A stretch of 64,000 nt of DNA from Candidatus Latescibacterota bacterium (GTDB taxonomy: Bacteria > Latescibacterota > UBA2968 > GCA-2709665). Location of the stretch: assembly GCA_965219455.1 (NCBI GenBank), contig OZ244744.1:5152001-5216000 (forward strand), read 5' to 3'. How positions within the stretch are numbered: the first letter of the stretch is position 1; each line of letters opens with the position of its first letter. Shown one piece after another: positions 8,665 to 17,286 of the stretch. Both the position numbers and the translations under genes were made by a program. The notes below the pieces were generated by a model. It was not told where the DNA came from. It saw only the letters and a list, made by a program, of their open reading frames with translations, and searched no databases.

Positions 8665-9765
8665 ATGGCCAGACTTGATGGGATCATTATCGAAGGCTTT
8701 AAGAGCATTGCGTTTGTCAGGCAAAGGTTGCGTCCTCTCAACGTGCTGATCGGAGCCAACGGTTCGGGAAAGTCGAATTTCATTGCTGCAATTTCGTTCC
8801 TGCGCGCCGTCGTTCAGCGACAGTTGCAACGCTACGTCGGACAAGCGGGTGGAGCAGATCGGATCCTGCATTTCGGATCTAAGGTGACATCAAAATTGGA
8901 TATGCAAGTCTTGTTTGACGGAAACACGGCCGGTTATGCAATCGAATTGCGTAGAGACGATTCCGATGGGCTTTTTGTGAATAATATGGCGTTCCACCCG
9001 TCCGATCCCAATAACGAAATAACACGACAAATGACTTTGGACGAATCTCACAACTATCCTCTGCCGCCAGAGCACATTCGCCGACATATTGAAAGTTGGC
9101 AAACCTACCATTTTCACGACGCTGGCCCCACGTCACCAATGAAGATGACCGCCGATGTCAATGACAATAGGTACCTTCGCCCCGACGGATCGAACCTGTC
9201 CGCGTTTCTCTTTTTTCTTCGAAATAAACATGGCGGCTCCTACACGCAGATTCGGCGAACCATTCAACTGGCAGCGCCGTTCTTCGAAGACTTCGCACTC
9301 GAACCCACGGCGCTGAACGAAGACAAGATTCGTTTTGAGTGGCGGCACTCGGGATCGGAAGCCTTCTTCGACACATCGTCACTGTCCGACGGAACGCTAA
9401 GGTTTATCGCTCTGTCCACTCTTCTCCTTCAGCCGGCTTCGCTGCGGCCGTCCGTGGTGCTCGTGGATGAGCCGGAGCTCGGATTGCATCCTTATGCAAT
9501 TACACTTCTGGCTTCCATGCTGAAGCAGGCATCCGCGGAATCCCAGGTTATCGTCGCGACGCAGTCACCGGTGCTGTTGGATCATTTCGACCCGATTGAC
9601 GTGATCGTGGCGGACCGCGTGAGGGGTGCGACAACGCTCCAGAAGTTTGACGCCGTGGACCTTGCGGCCTGGCTGCAAGAATACAGCCTGGGCCAGCTTT
9701 GGGAAAAGAATGAAATCGGTGGGCGTCCTTCCGCAGAGGAAACAGGCCGTGGATCTTTGCAATGA
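8665..9765 (+). CDS. AAA_21/ABC-type ATPase (defence-associated)
   Basis: Walker A GANGSGKSN, signature LSDGTLR, Walker B VDEPELGLHP, VATQSP. ATG 8665 preceded by GGGAG. Confidence 0.9.
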   Translation: MARLDGIIIEGFKSIAFVRQRLRPLNVLIGANGSGKSNFIAAISFLRAVVQRQLQRYVGQAGGADRILHFGSKVTSKLDMQVLFDGNTAGYAIELRRDDSDGLFVNNMAFHPSDPNNEITRQMTLDESHNYPLPPEHIRRHIESWQTYHFHDAGPTSPMKMTADVNDNRYLRPDGSNLSAFLFFLRNKHGGSYTQIRRTIQLAAPFFEDFALEPTALNEDKIRFEWRHSGSEAFFDTSSLSDGTLRFIALSTLLLQPASLRPSVVLVDEPELGLHPYAITLLASMLKQASAESQVIVATQSPVLLDHFDPIDVIVADRVRGATTLQKFDAVDLAAWLQEYSLGQLWEKNEIGGRPSAEETGRGSLQ

Positions 9766-10469
9766 CCCGGCTTCTTGTGCATGTTGAAGGACAAACCGAA
9801 GAGCAATTCGTCAACGAATTGCTGGCGCCACACTTATATTTTTTCGGGTTTACCAAGATCAGCGCACGTTTGGTCGGAAACGCTCGGCAACGGGACCGGC
9901 GTGGCGGAGGCAGGGCTTGGCGCAGCGTGCGTAAAGACATTGCAAATCACTTGAAAGAAGATCCCCGGTGTCTTGCCACTACAATGGTGGACTACTACGC
10001 GATGCCCAAAACTGGTTCAAGAGCATGGCCCGGACGCCTGCAAGCTACCGGGCAGGGGTCTTCGTCGGACAAAGCAAAGATTGTGGAAGACGCGCTCTTG
10101 GAAGACATCGCCAATGGTATGGGCGCGGATTTCGATCCGAGGCGATTTATCCCGTATGTGGCAATGCACGAATTCGAAGCGTTGCTGTTTAGTGATTGTG
10201 AGCGATTCGCTCAGGGAATAGGGTATCCTGAACTAGCGCCGAGATTTGAGGAAATTCGAGACCAATTTGCCACTCCAGAAGAAATCGACGACTCGCCCGA
10301 CACCGCACCCTCCAAGCGCGTAGAGGCGCTCGTTCGTGGATATCAAAAGCCGTTGATGGGTAGCTTAGCCGCACGTGAAATCGGCCTCAAAGCGATTTGC
10401 TCCGCTTGCCCACACTTTCGACACTGGCTGAAACTCCTGGAACGTCTCCCTGACCGAATGGGTGAATAG
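9762..10469 (+). CDS. DUF4276 family (TOPRIM-like) protein, ATPase partner
   Basis: VHVEGQTEEQF, TMVDYY, MHEFEALLFSD, PEEIDDSPDTAPSKR, CPHFRHWL; ATGA overlap with the ATPase. Confidence 0.85.
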   Translation: MTRLLVHVEGQTEEQFVNELLAPHLYFFGFTKISARLVGNARQRDRRGGGRAWRSVRKDIANHLKEDPRCLATTMVDYYAMPKTGSRAWPGRLQATGQGSSSDKAKIVEDALLEDIANGMGADFDPRRFIPYVAMHEFEALLFSDCERFAQGIGYPELAPRFEEIRDQFATPEEIDDSPDTAPSKRVEALVRGYQKPLMGSLAAREIGLKAICSACPHFRHWLKLLERLPDRMGE

Positions 10470-10534
10470 AGGAGCGACTGGAACTCGAAGACGCCTGCTT
10501 GTGCGTTCTGATCACCTGCGCTTTTAACTACGAT

Positions 10535-10661
10535 GTCCGTGCTCGTGTATGCGAATGGCTTGATGGACATGCAGTTTTGCGTTGACACCAATTGTTATAA
10601 TTAATGTCATTTCTACTTTTGCAGCATATCGAAGTTTCTCCGGGAACGCTGTAACAGCTCA
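10535..10661 (+). repeat. Diverged direct repeat A, copy 2 (upstream of res)
   Basis: See copy 1. Contains imperfect palindrome TGACA-N17-TGTCA. Confidence 0.8.
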
Positions 10662-10732
10662 CGAGGGGTTCGGTTCCCGTACCTATACGAAAATACCGGT
10701 CAATGTGATTTTCGTGCAAGGAGTACATTGAT

Positions 10733-13700
10733 TTGAGCGATCAATTCTTCGAACAACCGATACTCAACTCGCCGTACGAGTGCCCGAGCAAGCACTGGGA
10801 ACTGGACGAGACAGGCCAGCCGACACAAAGAATCGTCGAAAGTCGCAGGCGCGCCGAGTTCATTTCGCCGATTCCGAAACCGAGAAAGCAAAAGGGTGCA
10901 CCTTTAGAACAATCGGCGATTGTTTTCGACGAGGCAGCCAGCAAGCTCGGAACGGAAGGACAAAAATACGACCTGACGGAAATCATCAACGGCGTTCGCA
11001 TTCAGGTCGACAGATGGCGAAAGTTGCCAAATCCGAAACAATGGCGGGTGTCGTCTGAAACGGCACGACTGCTCCAGCATTGGCGGCACCATTGGTTCAA
11101 TGACATTCGGCCCTTCTTCTGCCAGATCGAAGCTGTGGAGACGGTCATTTGGCTGACAGAGGTTGCACCTCAAGCCGGTGCTACCGGTAGGAGATTTCTC
11201 GACCATTTGGCCAGTGCCAACATCGAAGTGAATACTGGTTTGCAGCGGCTGGCGCTTAAATTGGCAACCGGGGCTGGCAAGACAACTGTCATGGCGATGT
11301 TGATCGCCTGGCAAACCGTTAACGCGGTTCGCCGTCCCCAAAGTAGCAGATTCACGACCGGTTTCCTTGTTGTTGCGCCCGGCATCACCATCAAGGACCG
11401 TCTTCGCGTTCTTCAACCCAACGATCCTGACAGTTATTATCAGCAACGCGAACTGGTTCCTAACGACATGCTGCCTGACCTGGAAAAAGCCAGGATCGTC
11501 ATCACGAACTACCACGCATTCAAGCTGCGTGAGCGCATGCAACTCTCCAAGGGCGGCCGCTCCTTGCTTCAGGGTCGGGGTGAGTCGTTATCTACTTTAG
11601 AAACTGAAGGACAGATGCTCCAACGAGTCATGCCCGAACTTATGGGAATCAAGAACATCATGGCCCTCAATGATGAGGCGCATCACTGCTATCGCGAAAA
11701 GCCAGGGGAAGGGGAGGAAGGCACACTCAAGGGAGATGAACGGAAGGAAGCGGAGAAGAACACGGAAGCCGCGCGGCTGTGGATTTCGGGTCTGGAGACG
11801 GCGGGCGAAAAGCTTGGTATCAGCCGGGTAATGGATCTTTCTGCAACGCCGTTCTTTTTGCGCGGTTCGGGCTATGCGGAAGGGACACTATTTCCATGGA
11901 CGATGTGCGACTTCTCATTGATGGATGCCATCGAATGTGGCATCGTCAAACTGCCCCGCGTGCCGGTCGCAGACAACATCCCCGGCGGGGATATGCCGAA
12001 GTTCCGCAATCTATGGGAACACATTCGTCCCACAATGCCGAAGAGGGGTCGGGGCAAGAACAAAAATCTCGATCCTTTGAGTCTTCCCGTTGAGCTCCAG
12101 ACGGCACTGGAGGCGCTTTATGGGCATTATAGCAAGACCTTCGATGTAATGAAGAAAGCAGGGATCACGGTTCCGCCGTGCTTCATTATTGTATGCAACA
12201 ACACGTCGACGTCCAAGTTGGTGTATGATTACATCTCTGGCTTCCATCGTGAAAACGATGACGGTTCGACCACGTTCGAGAACGGACGCCTGGAGTTGTT
12301 TCGCAACTTCGATGAGTACGGCAACCAATTTGCGCGGCCTCGTACCCTACTGATCGATAGCGAACAGTTGGAGTCCGGTGATGCACTTGACCGGAATTTC
12401 CGAAAGATGGCTGCCGATGAAATTGCACGTTTTCGACGTGAAATCATTGAACGTACAGGCGATCCGCAACAAGCCGAAAGGATCAGCGACCAGGAACTGC
12501 TCCGCGAGGTCATGAACACCGTTGGCAAACCAGGCAGACTGGGGGATTCGATTCGTTGTGTGGTTTCGGTATCTATGCTCACCGAGGGTTGGGATGCAAA
12601 CAATGTCAGCCACGTATTGGGCGTTAGGGCGTTCGGAACCCAATTGCTTTGTGAGCAGGTTGTCGGTCGTGCGTTGCGCCGGCAATCCTACGAACTCAAC
12701 GACAAAAGTCTGTTTGATGTCGAGTACGCTGATGTTTTGGGGATACCCTTCGACTTTACTGCTAAGCCTGTCGTCGTCGCGCCGCCGCCGCCTCGAGAAA
12801 CCGTCCACGTTAGGGCCGTGCGACCCGAAAGGGACGCGCTCGAAATTCGTTTCCCGCGGGTCGCAGGATATCGCGTAGAACTACCGGACGAGAGGCTTAC
12901 TGTCGAGTTCACCGAAGACTCCGTTCTGGAATTGACACCGGATCTGATTGGTCCGTCGGTTACCGTCAATCAGGGGATAATCGGCGAAGGCGTGGACCTC
13001 GACCTCGTACATACAAATGACGTTCGCCACTCGACGCTACTGTTTCACATCACTCAGAGATTGTTGTATACCAAATGGCGGGACCCGGGCGAGAAACCCA
13101 AACTTCATTTATTCGGACAACTCAAGAGCATCACCAGAAGATGGCTTGAAAACTGCCTTGTCTGTAAGGGAGGCGCCTACCCTGCGCAATTGATGTACCA
13201 GGAACTTGCGGATATGGCCTGTGTACGCATCACCGCCGCCATCACGCGGGCGGAAATTGGTGGTCGTCCGATAAAGGCCGTTCTCGATCCTTACAATCCG
13301 GCAGGCTCAACGGCACAGGTTAGTTTCAATACCACCAGGACCAGCCGTTACGAAACGGATTCGCGTCGTTGTCACGTCAATTGGGTGGTCCTGGACAGCG
13401 ATTGGGAGGCCGAGTTCTGCCGGGTCGCTGAATCCCATGCCCACGTAAAGGCGTATGTCAAGAACCACAATCTCGGGTTCGAGGTGCCCTACCGGTACGG
13501 TTCCGAAACGCGGACTTATATCCCTGACTTTATCGTCGTCGTAGACGATGATCGAGGGGAGGGCGATCTCCTGCACCTCATTGTGGAGATTAAGGGTTAC
13601 AGAGGGGAAGACGCAAAGGCGAAGAAAGAGACAATAGAAACGTACTGGGTACCGGGAGTGAACAACCATGAAAACTATGGGCGCTGGGCTTTCGCTGAGT

Positions 13701-13810
13701 TCACCGACGTATATGAGATGCAAGCCGACTTTGAGTCCAAAGTGGAAGCGGCGTTCTATGAAATGATCGAGCCGTTTCAGCCACGTTTGGAGACCGAAAC
13801 CAAAAAGTAG
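10733..13810 (+). CDS. Type III-like restriction endonuclease Res subunit (SF2 helicase + PD-(D/E)XK; BPTD_3080-like)
   Basis: KLATGAGKT, NDEAHHCY, MLTEGWD, QVVGRALRR, C-terminal YIPDFIV...VEIKG. Confidence 0.9.
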   Translation: MSDQFFEQPILNSPYECPSKHWELDETGQPTQRIVESRRRAEFISPIPKPRKQKGAPLEQSAIVFDEAASKLGTEGQKYDLTEIINGVRIQVDRWRKLPNPKQWRVSSETARLLQHWRHHWFNDIRPFFCQIEAVETVIWLTEVAPQAGATGRRFLDHLASANIEVNTGLQRLALKLATGAGKTTVMAMLIAWQTVNAVRRPQSSRFTTGFLVVAPGITIKDRLRVLQPNDPDSYYQQRELVPNDMLPDLEKARIVITNYHAFKLRERMQLSKGGRSLLQGRGESLSTLETEGQMLQRVMPELMGIKNIMALNDEAHHCYREKPGEGEEGTLKGDERKEAEKNTEAARLWISGLETAGEKLGISRVMDLSATPFFLRGSGYAEGTLFPWTMCDFSLMDAIECGIVKLPRVPVADNIPGGDMPKFRNLWEHIRPTMPKRGRGKNKNLDPLSLPVELQTALEALYGHYSKTFDVMKKAGITVPPCFIIVCNNTSTSKLVYDYISGFHRENDDGSTTFENGRLELFRNFDEYGNQFARPRTLLIDSEQLESGDALDRNFRKMAADEIARFRREIIERTGDPQQAERISDQELLREVMNTVGKPGRLGDSIRCVVSVSMLTEGWDANNVSHVLGVRAFGTQLLCEQVVGRALRRQSYELNDKSLFDVEYADVLGIPFDFTAKPVVVAPPPPRETVHVRAVRPERDALEIRFPRVAGYRVELPDERLTVEFTEDSVLELTPDLIGPSVTVNQGIIGEGVDLDLVHTNDVRHSTLLFHITQRLLYTKWRDPGEKPKLHLFGQLKSITRRWLENCLVCKGGAYPAQLMYQELADMACVRITAAITRAEIGGRPIKAVLDPYNPAGSTAQVSFNTTRTSRYETDSRRCHVNWVVLDSDWEAEFCRVAESHAHVKAYVKNHNLGFEVPYRYGSETRTYIPDFIVVVDDDRGEGDLLHLIVEIKGYRGEDAKAKKETIETYWVPGVNNHENYGRWAFAEFTDVYEMQADFESKVEAAFYEMIEPFQPRLETETKK

Positions 13811-13865
13811 ATAAGGAAATACGGATGTAATTTGGCTCTTTGAAACACTCGCAGGGGGAGCGCCA

Positions 13866-15617
13866 ATGCCGTGGACAAGCGAAAGCCTGTTGCAGCGCCT
13901 CAAACTAGGTGAGGACAGTCGCGTTGAGTTTAAGGAGGTCGTGTTTAGTGCCAACAAGGTCCGTGAGCCTCGCCGAAACACGGTTGCAGACGAGTTGGCA
14001 GCTTTCGCCAACACCAACGGCGGTACAGTAATTTTCAGCGTATCCGACGCTGGTGAGGTGCGGTCGATGAATCGACAACAGCTGGATACATTAGAAGCGT
14101 ACGTCGGTGAGATTTCCTCGGATAGCATCCGTCCTCCGTTGGCGTTCGTGACTCAACGGCTGGTTCTGGCGGACGGTTCTTATATACTGATCGTCGAAGT
14201 CGAACAGAGCGCGCTGGTTCACAAGAGTCCTGGGGGGTATTTTTCCAGAAAAGGCAGCGCTAAACGTGAACTGTCGTCGGAAGCGTTGAAACGTCTGTTC
14301 CAACAGCGTGGGCGTTCTGGCATACTTGGTCCTGACGAAGCGATCATTGCTGAAAGCGGACCAAACACGTTAGACGAGACGTTAGTTGATCGTTTTCTGA
14401 GCTCGCGCGCCACCGAGCCTGCAGTAGTCCAACTCGCAAAGCTGGGGTTGGTGCGGGAGGATGACAGCGGCGTGATCCGCGCAACTGTGGCCGGGGTGTT
14501 GCTTTGCACCGCACGTCCGGATGAGTACATACCAGGCGCCCTGGTGGAAGCAATTCGATATCGAGGCACGGTACTCGGCCGTGCGGGGCAGCACGATGCC
14601 GCGTCGATCACCGGTCCGTTGGACCGGCAAATTCGCGATACCGTAAACTTCGTAAGGCTCAACACGCGGGTGGCGGCGCGCAAGGATCCTGGGCGGGTTG
14701 AGATTCCCCAATTCAGCCAGAGAGCAGTATTCGAAGCCATTGTGAACGCGGTTGTACACCGCGACTACTCGATAGTGAACGGAAAAACAAGGCTTTTCAT
14801 CTTTGACGATCGCCTTGAGTTGTACTCACCAGGTGCCCTGCCAAACACTCTAACCATCCAGACCATGCGCAATCTACAAGCCACCCGAAATGAAACGCTC
14901 GCATCCATCCTCCGGCGGCTCGAAGTGGGCGATATCAAAGGCTCTGGTGATCGGCAGTACTTCCTGGAACTACGCGGCGAAGGGGTACCAATTATCTTTG
15001 AACAGACACGGGAACTTACAGGGCACGATCCGGATTACGAACTGATCGGGGGTGCGGAACTACGACTGACTATACCATCCGCCCCTGCGCCGGTAGCAGG
15101 GATCACAGGGGAAGTGTCGGTATTCGCGGGCGGCCAGCCGCTTACAGGTGCGCAGGTAGTTACGTTATATCCCAACAAGACCTGGATGGAGGGGAAAACC
15201 GATACGTTTGGCCGGGTCGCTTTTGGGTTCCACTCGGAACTCCCGATTACCGTATTTTGCGCTGCACCCGGATACAGCGCTCGCGTGGAGCGGGACTGGC
15301 GCCCGCCGGAGTCGCTGCAAGTGCAGCTTGAATCACTTTCGATGGGTGGCTCTGCCGTGTTCACGGAAGGAACTGGTCATTTGCCCAATCTAACCGGTCG
15401 ACTAAACCCTATACTGGACAATCTCGACCGCATGTACCTTTACGCGACAAACATCGCGATCGACGAAGGCATGCAGCAACCCGTTCATTTTAAGTTGAAT
15501 CAGTCCTTGCGTCTCACGGATGTTAATGGCTTTGAGTGGATCGTGCGGTTTGTTGAGATGATTGGTAAGTCGACTCTATTGGAATACGAACATCCCGAGT
15601 ACAAACCTGGATCGTAA
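13866..15617 (+). CDS. AlbA_2/Schlafen domain + HATPase_c_4 ATP-binding protein with extra C-terminal beta domain
   Basis: GEDSRVEFKE, AFANTNGG, EAIVNAVVHRDY, DRLELYSPG, RN..LASIL, RGEG. Confidence 0.85.
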   Translation: MPWTSESLLQRLKLGEDSRVEFKEVVFSANKVREPRRNTVADELAAFANTNGGTVIFSVSDAGEVRSMNRQQLDTLEAYVGEISSDSIRPPLAFVTQRLVLADGSYILIVEVEQSALVHKSPGGYFSRKGSAKRELSSEALKRLFQQRGRSGILGPDEAIIAESGPNTLDETLVDRFLSSRATEPAVVQLAKLGLVREDDSGVIRATVAGVLLCTARPDEYIPGALVEAIRYRGTVLGRAGQHDAASITGPLDRQIRDTVNFVRLNTRVAARKDPGRVEIPQFSQRAVFEAIVNAVVHRDYSIVNGKTRLFIFDDRLELYSPGALPNTLTIQTMRNLQATRNETLASILRRLEVGDIKGSGDRQYFLELRGEGVPIIFEQTRELTGHDPDYELIGGAELRLTIPSAPAPVAGITGEVSVFAGGQPLTGAQVVTLYPNKTWMEGKTDTFGRVAFGFHSELPITVFCAAPGYSARVERDWRPPESLQVQLESLSMGGSAVFTEGTGHLPNLTGRLNPILDNLDRMYLYATNIAIDEGMQQPVHFKLNQSLRLTDVNGFEWIVRFVEMIGKSTLLEYEHPEYKPGS

Positions 15618-15634
15618 CGAACTACGAGGAGAAG

Positions 15635-15790
15635 ATGAAGTTGAAAGTAATTGTCCATCAGGCGGAAGAAGGTGGTTATTGGGCAGAAGTACCCTCGATC
15701 CTTGGATGTGCGACGCAAGGTGAATCCTTTGAAGAGTTGCTGACCAACCTCTACGAGGCCGTTGAAGGTTGCCTGTCCGTTGACGTCTGA
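15635..15790 (+). CDS. HicB-like antitoxin (51 aa, not in ORF track)
   Basis: Translates as MKLKVIVHQAEEGGYWAEVPSILGCATQGESFEELLTNLYEAVEGCLSVDV; GAGGAG RBS. Confidence 0.8.
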   Translation: MKLKVIVHQAEEGGYWAEVPSILGCATQGESFEELLTNLYEAVEGCLSVDV

Positions 15791-15817
15791 CCTGTAACCA
15801 AACGAATTTGTGATACG

Positions 15818-16612
15818 ATGGAGAGACCGGAATCAATGAGGAAACGAAGATCGAGCAAAACCATCGAAACCCTCCAGCACAAGGACGCATCGCGAAAGAA
15901 TATCCCCACAGCTGAGTATCAGGCGGTGATGGCGGAAGGCGACCGGAATCCCATTAGGGTCGCGTATGAGCGGCGCAACCGGGAACTTGATCCACAGCTT
16001 GTCTGGCGGGGTAAGGACGAGCAGAACTGGGCGGGTCTGGTGGTGCAAGCGCCGCCGTTGTTCATACAGGACAAGGTCCAACCAAAGGTGCTCATCGACG
16101 ACTTGCGCCAGCGGAGTAAGGAGTCGGATACTAAAAATGGCGATTCCGAATCCCAAGCCGACCTCTTCGCGGATTTCAACGGGCTACCCAGCGCGGACGC
16201 CCAGACGGAGTTTTATCAACACGACGCCAACTGGTCGAATCGGATGATACTGGGGGACAGCTTGCAGGTCATGGCGTCGCTGGCGGAGCGGGAGGGGTTG
16301 CGTGGTAAGGTACAATGCATTTACATCGACCCACCCTACGGCATCAAGTTCAACTCCAACTTCCAGTGGTCAACGACAAGCCGCAACGTCAAGGACGGAA
16401 AGGCAGAACACATTACACGCGAGCCAGAGCAGGTAAAGGCGTTTCGGTATACATGGAGCGAAGGGATTCACTCGTATCTGACGAATCTCCGAGATCAGCT
16501 GACGGTGGTGCATTCCAACGAACTTTCCTTCAAGAAACGCGTACCTGATGGAACTGGTAAACCCTGCCGAATGCCATCAACCCGGACCCAGAGCGAGATG
16601 AGAAATCCATGA
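15818..16612 (+). pseudogene. Truncated 5' duplicate of the mod methyltransferase gene
   Basis: About 15811-16510 is colinear with 17280-17970 (includes IDPPY), then runs into unrelated sequence. It lacks the TRD and the SAM-binding motif. Confidence 0.85.
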
Positions 16613-17082
16613 AAGAGAAAGTCTATCTCGAAACGACTGTTATCAGCTATCTGACTGCTTGGCGAAGTCCACAACTCTTGATGGCTGCACATCAGGAAGC
16701 AACGAGAGTCTGGTGGGACGAACAGAAAAATAGATTCGACATCTTCACGTCAGAGGCAGTCATTGAGGAAGCGTCAGGAGGTGATCGGGAGGCCGTGCAA
16801 CGGCGACTTTCGGTGCTGGAGGGGATTCCTGAACTCGATGTCACCGATAACGTCCGCGATTTAGCCAAATCTCTACTTGCCAATACTCCATTGCCCGAAA
16901 GAGCCCAAATTGACGCACTGCACATCTCCGTGGCTACGGTTCATGGGATGGATTATTTGCTGACATGGAACTGCCGCCATATTGCCAATGCAACTTTCCG
17001 CCACCGAATTGATTCGGTTTGCGAATCCGCCGGGTACCAAGCTCCCGTTTTTTGTACCCCCCTCGAATTGATGGAGGAATAA
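16609..17082 (+). CDS. PIN-domain (VapC-like) nuclease/toxin
   Basis: VYLETTVISY, S..VIEEA, DALHISVA, DYLLTWNCRHIAN. Confidence 0.88.
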   Translation: MKEKVYLETTVISYLTAWRSPQLLMAAHQEATRVWWDEQKNRFDIFTSEAVIEEASGGDREAVQRRLSVLEGIPELDVTDNVRDLAKSLLANTPLPERAQIDALHISVATVHGMDYLLTWNCRHIANATFRHRIDSVCESAGYQAPVFCTPLELMEE

Positions 17083-17086
17083 GATC

Positions 17087-17263
17087 ATGCAACCAGATCC
17101 AATCGTCGAGGAAGTTCGTCGAATACGCGATGCGTACGCCAGGAGCTTCAACTATGACTTGGATGCGATCTGCAGTGATTTACAAGAGAAGCAGAAGCGG
17201 GGCAAGAGGAGAGTGGTTTCTTTGCCCCCCAAACGCCCGAGAAAAGTGGACGACAGTGGTTAG
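17087..17263 (+). CDS. Small protein downstream of PIN gene, probable antitoxin (58 aa, not in ORF track)
   Basis: MQPDPIVEEVRRIRDAYARSFNYDLDAICSDLQ...; GGAGG RBS; typical partner position. Confidence 0.7.
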   Translation: MQPDPIVEEVRRIRDAYARSFNYDLDAICSDLQEKQKRGKRRVVSLPPKRPRKVDDSG

Positions 17264-17286
17264 AGTATCCCGGAGGCGATGATACG

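Noticed and set aside
10582-10601. TTGACA and TATAAT as a consensus sigma-70 promoter
   Set aside because: The spacer is only 8 nt, incompatible with the ~17 nt requirement.
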